Below are positions 18,397 through 28,539 of a stretch of DNA of 64,000 bases, piece by piece. The stretch lies in the NCBI GenBank assembly GCA_964402995.1, contig CAYOEA010000002.1, positions 36,558-100,557 on the forward strand. Direction: 5' to 3'. A program made the position numbers and the translations under genes. The notes below the pieces were generated by a model, which was given only the letters and a program-made list of their open reading frames with translations, was not told the DNA's origin and made no database searches. Numbering within the stretch: position 1 is the first letter of the stretch; each line of letters starts with the position of its first letter. Origin of the DNA: an uncultured Methanosarcinales archaeon (lineage in GTDB: Archaea > Nanobdellota > Nanobdellia > Woesearchaeales > GCA-2686295).

Positions 18397-19029
18397 ATGG
18401 CTGGAAAACTAGAAAAACAAGAAAAAGAAATGGAAAATAAAACAAGCAAACAATTAATTCAGTTTATCGTGTTTGTTTTAGTAATAGCAGCCATTGCTTA
18501 TGCGGTCTATAAGTTTACAGCACCTGCAGACACTCATCAATATGATAAGTATAATGGCTATGACTTTATGTATGATGAAGAACAAAAACTGTGGTTTTCA
18601 ACATTACAAATAGAAGAACAACCATTCATCATCCCATTTTACTTTCATCCAAAAGACTTAGAATACATACCGGTTCAGAAAGATATTGAAGATACATTAT
18701 ATCAAAAGAAACCAAAGAACGTAATCATAACTTTACCTTTTAATGATACATCAAGCATAGTAATTGCAGCAATAGAACTATCAAAAATTACAGGTGAAAG
18801 ATTTAAGATTCTAGAGATTCCAACAAGTAGCGCTTTTAATGAATATCTACAAGGGTTTCCACTTGCAACATGCGATAATTCATCAGATGATACACTTGTT
18901 ATTAACTTTGAAAAAAGTGAAACTAGCAGAATTAGAAGTGAAGGAAGATGTATTATACTTGAATACGCACAAAATGAAAGCATAAAAGTTGCAGATAATT
19001 TAGCATATCACATTCTAAAAATAATGTAA
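18397..19029 (+). CDS. hypothetical N-terminally anchored secreted protein (paralog B)
   Basis: N-terminal TM (LIQFIVFVLVIAAIAYAVY). Shares C-terminal motifs with 17773..18360. Confidence 0.5.
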   Translation: MAGKLEKQEKEMENKTSKQLIQFIVFVLVIAAIAYAVYKFTAPADTHQYDKYNGYDFMYDEEQKLWFSTLQIEEQPFIIPFYFHPKDLEYIPVQKDIEDTLYQKKPKNVIITLPFNDTSSIVIAAIELSKITGERFKILEIPTSSAFNEYLQGFPLATCDNSSDDTLVINFEKSETSRIRSEGRCIILEYAQNESIKVADNLAYHILKIM

Positions 19030-19078
19030 AACTTTGTGAGGGAAAAATATTATTTGATAATAATAATTTGAAATAAAA

Positions 19079-19672
19079 ATGCCACACTACTATTCAGAAA
19101 AACAAACATCAGAACTTAATCTAACTAAAGTTACACTTAGAATATGTGGGGAAGAATTAGTTATGTTTTCAGGCTCGGGCGTATTTTCTAAAAAAAGACT
19201 TGATAAAGGAACAGAACTTTTACTTAAAGAAATGATTATTTCTAATGGACAAAAAGTACTAGACTTAGGTTGTGGAATGGGAGTTGTTGGAATATATGCA
19301 AAAAAGAAACATCCTGACATAGAACTTATGCTTGCAGATGTAAGTGAGCGAGCAATAAAGCTAACAAAAGAAAGTTTAAAATTACATGACATGAAAGCCA
19401 GAATGAAACGATCAGATGGTTTTGCAAAAATAAAAGAAACAGATTTTGATACAATACTTCTAAACCCTCCGCAAGTAGCAGGTAAAGAAACTTGTTTTAG
19501 ACTACTAAAAGAGTCAAGTGAACATTTGATTAAAGGTGGAAGTTTACAGATTGTAGCGAGACATAACAAAGGTGGGAAAACTTATTCTGAGAAAATGAAA
19601 AACATATTTGGAAATATGAAAGAAATCGCAATAGGATCAGGATATAGAATTTATATGAGCATAAAAGAGTAA
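19079..19672 (+). CDS. class I SAM-dependent methyltransferase, MTS 'small domain' type (RsmC/RsmD-like, NPPQ motif)
   Basis: Motif I VLDLGCGMGVVG. Motif IV ILLNPPQ. Confidence 0.65.
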   Translation: MPHYYSEKQTSELNLTKVTLRICGEELVMFSGSGVFSKKRLDKGTELLLKEMIISNGQKVLDLGCGMGVVGIYAKKKHPDIELMLADVSERAIKLTKESLKLHDMKARMKRSDGFAKIKETDFDTILLNPPQVAGKETCFRLLKESSEHLIKGGSLQIVARHNKGGKTYSEKMKNIFGNMKEIAIGSGYRIYMSIKE

Positions 19673-19712
19673 ATAATAATAAATAAATACCTGAATAAAT
19701 ACCAGCATAATT

Positions 19713-20204
19713 CTATTCAAAATTAAAGTTAAACAATTTTAATTCTTCAACTTTATTGTTTTTTAAGAAAACCATTCTAATACCTAAACCTAATTTTAAA
19801 GATGAAGATAAAAGAGCCATATGCTCATCACCAGTGCCTGAAGAAAGATTAATTGCCACTTCTGAGCCTAATTTTTTATCATGAAGAGCTGCAACAATTT
19901 GATCAGAAATAATATCAGGAGATTGGTCTAAATTAAGTTGAATAAGTTCTACATTGTCTGCCTTTTGAAACTTCTCAACACCAAAAGCATTTGTAATAAG
20001 AATTACTTTATCCCATTGTTCGCCTGAAATAATACCATAGAGCTTAGCCCAGGAACCTTTTCCAGAAGATAACATTGCAAGTAGAGTTGTCATAGATAAG
20101 TATTTGAAAATTGGTTTTATAAATGTTTTGAGATAAAACTGGAAAAAAATGCTTATACATAACGATAAAATTGCTACTACGCCAAAAAAGTGACTTTTGA
20201 GCAA
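19713..20204 (-). CDS. hypothetical protein
   Basis: 163-aa ORF with a hydrophobic N-terminal stretch. I recognise no motif. Confidence 0.35.
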   Translation of the reverse strand: MLKSHFFGVVAILSLCISIFFQFYLKTFIKPIFKYLSMTTLLAMLSSGKGSWAKLYGIISGEQWDKVILITNAFGVEKFQKADNVELIQLNLDQSPDIISDQIVAALHDKKLGSEVAINLSSGTGDEHMALLSSSLKLGLGIRMVFLKNNKVEELKLFNFNFE

Positions 20205-20278
20205 AATTAGAAATTTTTATAAAGGCAAAGTTTATATATATGCTATGAGTAATAAAATCAACATTCAAGGGTGGTTAA

Positions 20279-20542
20279 ATGGCCGAAGATGAAAAAAAGT
20301 TTTCAAAACAATTAATAGGAAAAACAGTAGTCTCAAAGACAGGAAAGAAATTTGGAGAAGTAGGAGATATTATCTTTGAAACAAGCTCTGGAGAATTAAT
20401 CCATATGATTCTTGCAAATCCAACATCATACACGGAAAAGCTAGAATTGGAAAAGTCAAAAGAAGGAGACATACTAATACCATTCAGTGCTGTTATCGCA
20501 ATAGGCGATTTCTTAGTAGTAGCTGAAGAGGATATAATTTAA
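20279..20542 (+). CDS. PRC-barrel domain protein
   Basis: …LIGKTVVSKTGKKFGEVGDIIFETSSGELIHMIL…ILIPFSAVIAIGDFLVV… is the PRC-barrel pattern. Confidence 0.55.
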   Translation: MAEDEKKFSKQLIGKTVVSKTGKKFGEVGDIIFETSSGELIHMILANPTSYTEKLELEKSKEGDILIPFSAVIAIGDFLVVAEEDII

Positions 20543-20647
20543 ATCCCAATAATTTCATTTTTTTAAATTAATTAAAATAAATATAAAAGAGTAGAATTGT
20601 TAATGGTATTCAACAACTTTATAAAGAATTCTTCATTTTAATTTTAT

Positions 20648-21607
20648 ATGAATACAGCAATTTGGACTGAAAAATACAGACCTCAAACATTCTTAGAAGT
20701 TAAAGGACAAGATGATATAGTTAAACGAATAAAGGCATTTGTAGAACAAAGAAATATGCCACATCTAATGCTCGCAGGACCTGCAGGAACTGGAAAGACA
20801 ACTTTATCCCTTGTAACTGCAAAAGAACTGTTCAAAGATAGCTGGAGAGAAAACCTTCTAGAATTAAATGCATCTGATGAAAGAGGAATAGATGTAATCA
20901 GAGTGAAAGTTAAAGATTTTGCAAGAACTAAAGCACTAGGAGATGTACCATTCAAAATTATTTATTTAGATGAGTGCGATGCTTTAACTAGAGAAGCACA
21001 GCAAGCACTTCGTCGAACTATGGAAAATTATACGCAAACTTGTAGATTTATTCTTTCATGTAACTATTCATCAAAAATTATTGATCCAATTCAATCAAGA
21101 TGTACAGTATTTAGATTTAAACCATTACCAAAAGAAGCAATCTTAGGATTAATTGACTCAATTGCATCCAATGAAGGATTAACAATTGGTGCTGAAGCAA
21201 AAGAAGTACTATATGAAATAAGTGGTGGAGATTGTAGAAAGCTTGAGAATGTATTACAATCATCAGCTGCACTAAGTAAAGATATAACTACCGCTCTTCT
21301 GTACGAAATGGCAAGCATTGCAAGGCCTAAAGAGATTGCTAACATGCTTAGTCTATGTGTGGGAAAAGACTTCTTAAAAGCAAAATCTGAGCTTATTAAA
21401 ACTATGTTAGAATATGGCTTATCAGGATTAGATGTAATTAAACAAATTCAAGCAGAAGTTTGGAAAATTGAAAATCTAGAAGATAAGAAAAAACTGGAAA
21501 TGATAAAAGAATGTGGAGAAGCTGAATTTAGAATGATTGAAGGAAGCAGCGAATTCATACAACTTGAAGCATTACTGGCAAAATTTGTTCTAATAGCAAG
21601 TGAATAA
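20648..21607 (+). CDS. rfcS: replication factor C small subunit
   Basis: WTEKYRP…box II. Walker A GPAGTGKTT, Walker B/DEAD-like IIYLDECDAL, SRC motif (SRCTVFRF). Confidence 0.9.
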   Translation: MNTAIWTEKYRPQTFLEVKGQDDIVKRIKAFVEQRNMPHLMLAGPAGTGKTTLSLVTAKELFKDSWRENLLELNASDERGIDVIRVKVKDFARTKALGDVPFKIIYLDECDALTREAQQALRRTMENYTQTCRFILSCNYSSKIIDPIQSRCTVFRFKPLPKEAILGLIDSIASNEGLTIGAEAKEVLYEISGGDCRKLENVLQSSAALSKDITTALLYEMASIARPKEIANMLSLCVGKDFLKAKSELIKTMLEYGLSGLDVIKQIQAEVWKIENLEDKKKLEMIKECGEAEFRMIEGSSEFIQLEALLAKFVLIASE

Positions 21608-21637
21608 GATATAATTAAATAGGTTATTGTTCTTTTT

Positions 21638-22162
21638 ATGTTTATGTTAGTTTTAATTTATGGAAATTTAGGAAGTGGAAAATCAACCCTTGCTAAAAAA
21701 TTTTGTAAGGAAGAAAACTTTATTCTAATTCGATTTGATGAAATGATGTTTAAGTATAAAGATAGAGTTTATTCTAAAGATGATGATTTTTTACTTGGAA
21801 AAGAAGATATACTCTTGGTTTATGAAGATATGCATAAACTTGCTTTAAAAGAATTGAAGAAAGGTAAAAGTGTGGTTTTAGAATCTTTGTATATGAAAGC
21901 ACAAAGAGAAAAAGCTAGAAAAATTGCAAAAAATATTAGTGTGGATTTTAAAGTTGTAGAAGTGTATTGTGATGAAACAAAAATTAAAAAAAGATTGACA
22001 CTAAGAAAAAAAGAAGATCCACAAACACCAGGATTTAAACTTTATTTAGAATATAAAAAATTATTAGATGTAGAAGATGATTGTATAAAAATTGATACTA
22101 GTTCTAAAAATGTAGCTGATTGTTATAAACAATTAGTTCAAGAAATAAAAAGAAAAGAATAA
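21638..22162 (+). CDS. P-loop NTPase / small kinase-like protein
   Basis: Walker A GNLGSGKST at the N-terminus. 174 aa. Confidence 0.45.
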   Translation: MFMLVLIYGNLGSGKSTLAKKFCKEENFILIRFDEMMFKYKDRVYSKDDDFLLGKEDILLVYEDMHKLALKELKKGKSVVLESLYMKAQREKARKIAKNISVDFKVVEVYCDETKIKKRLTLRKKEDPQTPGFKLYLEYKKLLDVEDDCIKIDTSSKNVADCYKQLVQEIKRKE

Positions 22163-22188
22163 AAAAAATAAAGAAAAAATAAATTAAT

Positions 22189-23148
22189 TTAGTTAATGTG
22201 TTTTACTAAGACATTAGTTGAAACTGATTCTTCATAACCATAGTCAATAGTAACATCAACAACTTTAACTTTATCAATTAATTCAAGAACAGGTTGAGTA
22301 CATCTAACTTGTCTTTCACCAGCAGTTAATCGGATTTCTCCTCCATAACCGGTAGTTCCAACAGTAACTCCACCATTCATACCAGTACATGTTAAACCAG
22401 CCATACCAGCATCAACAGTAAGATATAACTTATTTTCATAAATAGGAGCATCATCACAACTAACACTTGCTCTTGAAAGTTTACCATTACCAATGTTCTT
22501 AACAGTTAAAGTAAAAGTTACTTTATCAGCGCCAGCAGTATACTCATCAAAACCTACAACTTGAATAGGTCCGCCTGAGTTCTGAACATTTTTAGCTCCA
22601 GAAACAACACACACATCAAGATTTTGTGAATCTAAAAGATCTTCTTTAATACATAAAGGTGCTGTAGCTTTAGTTTGATAATTGTAACAAACATCAACCA
22701 TGAAAGGGAATGCATTGTTTCCTGAAAGAGAATTTTGGAAATTCAATTCACCAGTAGTTGGAATTGTAACATAAACAGGTGGTGAAGTAATAGCTGCACC
22801 AGAATCTGGATTGATTTCATTTCTTAAGATATCCTCTAAAGGATGAACTTGAGCAATAACAGCAGAAGTTACACCAAAATCAGCAGGATCAAATCCTTTA
22901 AGTGATAAAGTGATATCTTCTTTTGCAATTTCATATTCTCCTTCATTCTCTAACTTAATAGTTACTAAGAATGGATTTTCTCCGCCATCAGTTACTTCCG
23001 CAGGAGGTTCACCCTCAGCAAAAGCAATAATCAGGCCTGTAGTTCCGCCTAAAAAAGTTCTTTCATTTGAAGCAACTGTTCCGCCACTATTAGTACAGGA
23101 CGCAAGTGCCAATAAAAGGACTAAAACGATAATTAATTCTTTTTTCAT
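22189..23148 (-). CDS. secreted lipobox-containing surface protein, paralog family member 1
   Basis: Signal peptide with lipobox-like LALASC. Family motifs VCYNYQTKATAPLCIKED…C and GGPIQVVGFDEY…TLTVKNIGNGKLS. Confidence 0.65.
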   Translation of the reverse strand: MKKELIIVLVLLLALASCTNSGGTVASNERTFLGGTTGLIIAFAEGEPPAEVTDGGENPFLVTIKLENEGEYEIAKEDITLSLKGFDPADFGVTSAVIAQVHPLEDILRNEINPDSGAAITSPPVYVTIPTTGELNFQNSLSGNNAFPFMVDVCYNYQTKATAPLCIKEDLLDSQNLDVCVVSGAKNVQNSGGPIQVVGFDEYTAGADKVTFTLTVKNIGNGKLSRASVSCDDAPIYENKLYLTVDAGMAGLTCTGMNGGVTVGTTGYGGEIRLTAGERQVRCTQPVLELIDKVKVVDVTIDYGYEESVSTNVLVKHIN

Positions 23149-23209
23149 TTTGTTTTTTAAACCTCCGATATATAAAATAAATACGTGTGAATGTAAATGT
23201 TAAAAATTA

Positions 23210-24523
23210 TTAGCCAGCTCTTTTTATCCTAACATCTCTTCTTTGACTTTCTGAGTACCCATACCAAAGTTCAATGATTAAAGGAGCTTTGTAAGCTGAT
23301 TTTGCAGTGGCATATTCCATATCATAAGTGCAAGTAAATTGACCTCTACCATTAATCATTCTAATAACATAATTATCAGGCGAACATCTTAATTTGAAAG
23401 GACTACCTGACATACGAATATCACCAATGAAAACTATATCTAAATCTTGAGCACCAAGACGACCAGGATAATAAGGACTACATAACTCTAAATGTAATGG
23501 ATTGATAACTTTACCATCACCAACATTAGCTACATCAATATTGAAAATAACACTTCTAGGTGTGCTTTCTTGACTAACGCCAGTAATTGCAACTGGACCA
23601 CCTTGTGAACGAGACATTTGAACCGAACCTGGAACACAAGCTTTTGCTGTTTCAGAGTATGGATCAGGATCTATGCAAACAATAGGGGCTGCGTAAGTTG
23701 AATAAGCGTAACAAGTTGTGAAAAGGAAAGTTACATCTGTAGAATCAAGTCCTGCAGGCCAAGTTTTAATTTCACTAGGGAAAGATATAACAGTTGATTC
23801 TCCGCCTGGATAATTATAATTATCAGGAGCTAACAAGAAAGACTTACCATTAAATCTATCAAATGAAACCTGATCTAAAATCATTAACAAACCTCTACCA
23901 TGATGAATAAAATTAAGACTGAAACCAGACAAATCCATGTTAAAAGCACCAGTTGACCAATCATAAGCAATATCTAATTCAGGAAGACCTTCACATTCGC
24001 TAGTTGTAAGAATATTACAGAAAGCATCAATTAAATTATCAAGACCAAAACCATCAGTACCAAGATAACCTCCGCCATCGTCGCCAAAAGTACAACCAAT
24101 CAGACCAGATATTGATTCAAAATTAGTGAAAGAAAAACTACTAAAATCAAGTTGACAATGATCAAAAAAACCACCAAGTGTTCTTGGAATATTCATCCCA
24201 TCTACATTAATAAGTGAAGGATCATAACCAGAAACATATAAACCTCCTCGAGTCCAGGAAGCACCAACATTTCTTAATACAACAGATATATCAAAACCAT
24301 TATATTCAGGACCTTGCGCATTACCATAATAATATAATCTTGAAGGAGGAGCACCAGGTTCTACAATCATACGAATACCCTCTGAACCTTGATAATAATT
24401 TTCAGTTTTAGGGTTAGAATTTGGATTTTGTCCACCTATACCACTACAAGAAGAAAGGAGTAAAGATAATATTAAAAGACTAATTATAAATAGTTTCCTC
24501 GACATATACAGTATATCTTGCAC
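23210..24523 (-). CDS. secreted lipobox-containing surface protein, paralog family member 2
   Basis: The ORF opens MQDILYMSRKLFIISLLILSLLLSSC (lipobox-like LLSSC). The real start is probably at the seventh codon (MSRKLF…). Family motifs CYAYSTYAAPIVCIDPD…C and QGGPVAITGVSQE…NIDVANVGDGKVIN. Confidence 0.65.
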   Translation of the reverse strand: MQDILYMSRKLFIISLLILSLLLSSCSGIGGQNPNSNPKTENYYQGSEGIRMIVEPGAPPSRLYYYGNAQGPEYNGFDISVVLRNVGASWTRGGLYVSGYDPSLINVDGMNIPRTLGGFFDHCQLDFSSFSFTNFESISGLIGCTFGDDGGGYLGTDGFGLDNLIDAFCNILTTSECEGLPELDIAYDWSTGAFNMDLSGFSLNFIHHGRGLLMILDQVSFDRFNGKSFLLAPDNYNYPGGESTVISFPSEIKTWPAGLDSTDVTFLFTTCYAYSTYAAPIVCIDPDPYSETAKACVPGSVQMSRSQGGPVAITGVSQESTPRSVIFNIDVANVGDGKVINPLHLELCSPYYPGRLGAQDLDIVFIGDIRMSGSPFKLRCSPDNYVIRMINGRGQFTCTYDMEYATAKSAYKAPLIIELWYGYSESQRRDVRIKRAG

Positions 24524-24636
24524 TATGAATATATAAGTTTTTCTAAGATTTAGTAGTAAAAATGTTAAAAAAAGGCAAAATGCCTAAGTTTTGACAAACA
24601 TAAACTAAACTTGTTGAATAAAAATAATTTAAGAAA

Positions 24637-26598
24637 TTATACATTCTCATAACAATTGTTTGATGTTGAATTAAAAGCACAAGAACGAAATTTACAAGAA
24701 TCATTTGAACAAGAATCTTCATCAGACCCGTAAGAAGAACAAGTAGTTCCACAAACAGTACAAATATCTGAAGAATAGCTCCAATAATGATCCGAAGGAG
24801 GATTAAAGTTACATGGATTATCATCACACTCTTCAAAAGAATAATAATCAATTCCCATACTACAATCCAAACATTTACTATGATCTAAAGACCAAAACCT
24901 TGAACCTGTAAACTCACAAGGATTATCATCACATTCAGACCTACTATAATCGTAAGTAATAACTGGTGGAGAAAGTATTTTTTTAACTTCTGAACAATCA
25001 AAACATTGAGTTTGATCTTTGGACCAATAAGTTTTTGCTTCTACTACCTCACAAGGATCAGTTTCACAAATACCTTCAATAACATAATCTTTTGCCTCAT
25101 CAGTACCAGAACAAGAGTAACATGCACCTTTACCTAAACCAGGATCAAACCAAATACATTCACTTGGAAATCCGCAAGAATCTTTTTCACAAGAATCTTC
25201 ATTATCATAAACCATGCATTTATTTGTATTTTTTTCAGGACAAGCATTACATCTATCTTTACCAGATGTAGTCCAATGACAATCAGAAGTTTTTACACTA
25301 CAAACATTCGCACTACAATCTATTTCTCCATCATAAGAACCGCAATAAGATACTTTGTCACATTTTGAACAACAAACAAAGCTATCAGCACAATAATTAG
25401 TTTCTGTAATGCAATCACTAAAAGAAATTGTTCCAATAGAAGTATCTCCATTAATTAAAGTAGTATTATCAATACAAGACCAATCAGATTCTTTAAAAGC
25501 ATCACCACATTCAAGATAACCTTTTGAGCAAGCTTCACATTTAGACACACAACCATTCCCAACAGGGTATTCATAAGGCTTACAATTTTGAATTTTTGAG
25601 ATATTTCCAAAATAATGACCATCCCAAGTTCTAATAATTTCAACATCTTGAGATAAAATGTTTATATAATTAAAATCGATTTGAACATCTAAATTTGTTA
25701 GGTAATTTAAATTTTGATTGTAACCTTGATTATATTCACAAAGAAGATGTATTTCATTATCCTTAAATCTAAAAGCATAAGGATCATTAGCAGATCTACA
25801 AGTTAATTCTTCCCCACCTAAAGTAGCCTTTATATTAACTGTATCCCAAAGTGCTCTATTTGTTGACTGTGCATAACCACAATCTTGATCAGGAGATACA
25901 ACAGATCCTTTACCAACATTTGATACAGTCATAAAGAAAACAGGTTTAAGATATTGTCCAAAATTTATTAATTCATAATGTAACTCGGTAATTGCAACTG
26001 GTGAGCCTTGACCTGAAGAATAAGTTTTATCTTGAACCTCGCAAGCTTTAGTTCTAATATCGTCAATAGTATAAGTATCAATACAAACTTCATCAGATAG
26101 AACTGTTCTATAAGGATAACAAATAGCAACATAAAGCTCAGTCCCAGGACTTTCTTTTTGTCCCTTAATTGTCTTTGCAGTAAGTCGTGGTAAATAATGG
26201 TAAATTGAGTCACCTTTAGGAAAAATAGGTGATTTTCCTTCAAGAGTTATTTTCTGCCAATCAGCAGCAAGACTGTTTAATGTTTGAATTGATTTTGTTC
26301 CATTAAAATAAAATTCATCAAACTCCCAAGTAATCAAAGCAGGTTTTGATGTATTAATTGAGAATGCACCTTTGTTTGAAATTAAAAGACCAACAGGAAA
26401 CTCAGAATCTTCACGAACTTGATCAGGAGGTGAATTTCTTAAAAATTCAAAAACTAAACCATCTTTTCCTGAATTAAAATTTATATCTTTAACATTTGGA
26501 TCATAATTATTACTGCCAGAGCCATTTTGACCAGCACCACATGCAGTAAGCATAAACATAGAGATAAATAGTATTAATAATAGTGATAGTTTTTTCAT
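24637..26598 (-). CDS. secreted lipobox-containing surface protein, paralog family member 3, with C-terminal tandem Cys-rich modules
   Basis: Signal peptide FMLTAC. Family motifs ICYPYRTVLSDEVCIDTY…C and GQGSPVAITELHYE…MTVSNVGKGSVVS. The C-terminal ~270 aa holds at least 5 repeats of a ~28-aa Cys module (CDDNPCEF…W…C.DCS). Confidence 0.65.
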   Translation of the reverse strand: MKKLSLLLILFISMFMLTACGAGQNGSGSNNYDPNVKDINFNSGKDGLVFEFLRNSPPDQVREDSEFPVGLLISNKGAFSINTSKPALITWEFDEFYFNGTKSIQTLNSLAADWQKITLEGKSPIFPKGDSIYHYLPRLTAKTIKGQKESPGTELYVAICYPYRTVLSDEVCIDTYTIDDIRTKACEVQDKTYSSGQGSPVAITELHYELINFGQYLKPVFFMTVSNVGKGSVVSPDQDCGYAQSTNRALWDTVNIKATLGGEELTCRSANDPYAFRFKDNEIHLLCEYNQGYNQNLNYLTNLDVQIDFNYINILSQDVEIIRTWDGHYFGNISKIQNCKPYEYPVGNGCVSKCEACSKGYLECGDAFKESDWSCIDNTTLINGDTSIGTISFSDCITETNYCADSFVCCSKCDKVSYCGSYDGEIDCSANVCSVKTSDCHWTTSGKDRCNACPEKNTNKCMVYDNEDSCEKDSCGFPSECIWFDPGLGKGACYSCSGTDEAKDYVIEGICETDPCEVVEAKTYWSKDQTQCFDCSEVKKILSPPVITYDYSRSECDDNPCEFTGSRFWSLDHSKCLDCSMGIDYYSFEECDDNPCNFNPPSDHYWSYSSDICTVCGTTCSSYGSDEDSCSNDSCKFRSCAFNSTSNNCYENV

Positions 26599-28532
26599 TA
26601 TCGAACCCTCATTTGAGTGCCTTTCTTTAAAGTATAAGCATAATCAACATTAACAGCAACTGTTACAGTACGTTTATCCATAGTACTTCCAGATAAAAAA
26701 CTATTCAGACCATTCTTTGCAACTAAATCACAAGAAACCGCATCTATTTTATAATCTAACAATCCGCCTGCGCCAAGAAAAGCAACTCCAAATGAATAAG
26801 TGTTTTCAATTGGATCGTGATAAATTGGATCATAAGTACAATTAATTAGTTCAGTATCTGAAGGAACAGTAACAGTTAATGAACGAATATAATTTAATTT
26901 TCCTTGAGGCCAAACATTCTCTAATTGAACGGTAAATAAATGAATAAAATTATTCTCATCATCTAAATCAGTAGGCATGTCTAAACCAATAGGTAGATTT
27001 TTCTTAGATAAACGAATAGCTATCGGACCATCAGAAGAACTTGCTTCTGCAACACGAGTTTTCAAATCTAAAAAATTGTAAATATCTTTTCCTTTCTTAC
27101 CAATAACCACGTTATCAGTGTATACATAGGCAACTGTTGATGTTTGAGTAAAGAAAAATGAAATCTCAAAAAACATATTATGATACCCTGGTTTTATAGT
27201 ACCATTTCCAAATCTACATCTTAACTCATCAGATCCTTCATAAATAATAGTTGACTTTGCAGGACTAACCATGCCAAAAATTTTAAGTTTATCTTTTTCA
27301 ATATAACAAGAATGATAAGTTTGAACCGCTCCTTCAAAACTCTTTGCACTAATATCAGCCAAAACATCTATTTTTTTATTAGCATATAATGTCTCAGATA
27401 AAATACGAACATTAGTTAAATAAATACCTGGTTGTTCACCTTCATTATTTTCAGTTGTAGAACCATATGGATCATAAGCAATAGTATCATTAATTTTATT
27501 TTTAAAATTTTTAAATCCTGAATTAATTGAATCAGCTACTTGCTTTGCATTGCCCCAAACAAAATCTTTAGCGACATACAAACCACTCATAGTATCTGAG
27601 CCTTCAACATTAATATTAGGTGAAACATCACTTGCAAAAGCATCAGATGTTAATAATTGAATACATAAAAGTAATATAAATAATTTGAGAATTCCAGTGC
27701 CCCATTTATGAATCTTAGAATCAGGTTCAGAAGTATAAACTAAATACCAAGGCCAAACTGGAAAGAATATTAAGAGGCTAATTAAAGTTGTATTTCCTTT
27801 AGCAAAATAAGTCACTAATGGAGGAACAGCCAAAGCTGCTAACGATACAAAAATTATTGTCCAGGTTGTAGAAGATAAACCTGATTTGTAAATAAAAGTT
27901 ACTGCAACAAAAGTCAAACCTAAATATAAAAGAATAATAGGAATAATTGAAGATGGATTTCGACCAAAATTAAATATAAAAGCATCTGCTGCATGTAAAA
28001 GTAAAGTTAAGAGTAAAAAAAAACCAATATTAGAAGTTGTACCAGATGATTCTCCAGATGACTTGACTGAATTAGCAGCACCTTTTGCCAAACCTTTAGC
28101 TTTTGAACCTAAAAATTTAGTAAGAGCAAAAGCTCCACCACCAACAATAGCCCCTACTTTTAGGGCTTTACCTAAACCTTTCTTTACTTTATCAGATTTA
28201 GATGAACCAGATGAACTAGGGGAATCAGATGAACCAGAACCGCTGCTTGTTTTAATATTACTTAAATCAATACCTGAAATGATTGATTCATAAGAAGATT
28301 TATCTGCACCTGCAGCTTCAAGTTCTGAAAGGATATTTTTTATTTCGGTTTTATCTTTATTTGCATTCTCTGCATACAATTTCGCCATGCTAGAATCTTC
28401 TTTTCTTTGGGAAGAAATATACTTTTCTTCATTATATTGTAAACTACTAACTGCTGGATATAAATCATTAATTAACTTAGAATGGTCTGCATTACTAGAA
28501 GTGTTCTCACCACCTTCTTGATCTTCGGACAT
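26598..28532 (-). CDS. polytopic membrane protein with cytoplasmic S/G-rich N-terminus and extracellular C-terminal domain related to the paralog family
   Basis: ~170-aa low-complexity N-terminus, ≥4 TM helices (aa ~170-290). The C-terminal domain contains DGPIAIRLSKKNL…FTVQLENVWPQGKL, comparable to the GGPxxI…N.G.GK motif. Confidence 0.55.
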   Translation of the reverse strand: MSEDQEGGENTSSNADHSKLINDLYPAVSSLQYNEEKYISSQRKEDSSMAKLYAENANKDKTEIKNILSELEAAGADKSSYESIISGIDLSNIKTSSGSGSSDSPSSSGSSKSDKVKKGLGKALKVGAIVGGGAFALTKFLGSKAKGLAKGAANSVKSSGESSGTTSNIGFFLLLTLLLHAADAFIFNFGRNPSSIIPIILLYLGLTFVAVTFIYKSGLSSTTWTIIFVSLAALAVPPLVTYFAKGNTTLISLLIFFPVWPWYLVYTSEPDSKIHKWGTGILKLFILLLCIQLLTSDAFASDVSPNINVEGSDTMSGLYVAKDFVWGNAKQVADSINSGFKNFKNKINDTIAYDPYGSTTENNEGEQPGIYLTNVRILSETLYANKKIDVLADISAKSFEGAVQTYHSCYIEKDKLKIFGMVSPAKSTIIYEGSDELRCRFGNGTIKPGYHNMFFEISFFFTQTSTVAYVYTDNVVIGKKGKDIYNFLDLKTRVAEASSSDGPIAIRLSKKNLPIGLDMPTDLDDENNFIHLFTVQLENVWPQGKLNYIRSLTVTVPSDTELINCTYDPIYHDPIENTYSFGVAFLGAGGLLDYKIDAVSCDLVAKNGLNSFLSGSTMDKRTVTVAVNVDYAYTLKKGTQMRVR

Positions 28533-28539
28533 GATAAAA

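Noticed and set aside
22910-23203. 97-aa plus-strand ORF across the 22189/23210 gene junction
   Set aside because: Antisense to the N-terminal signal-peptide region of the lipoprotein gene. No independent signals.
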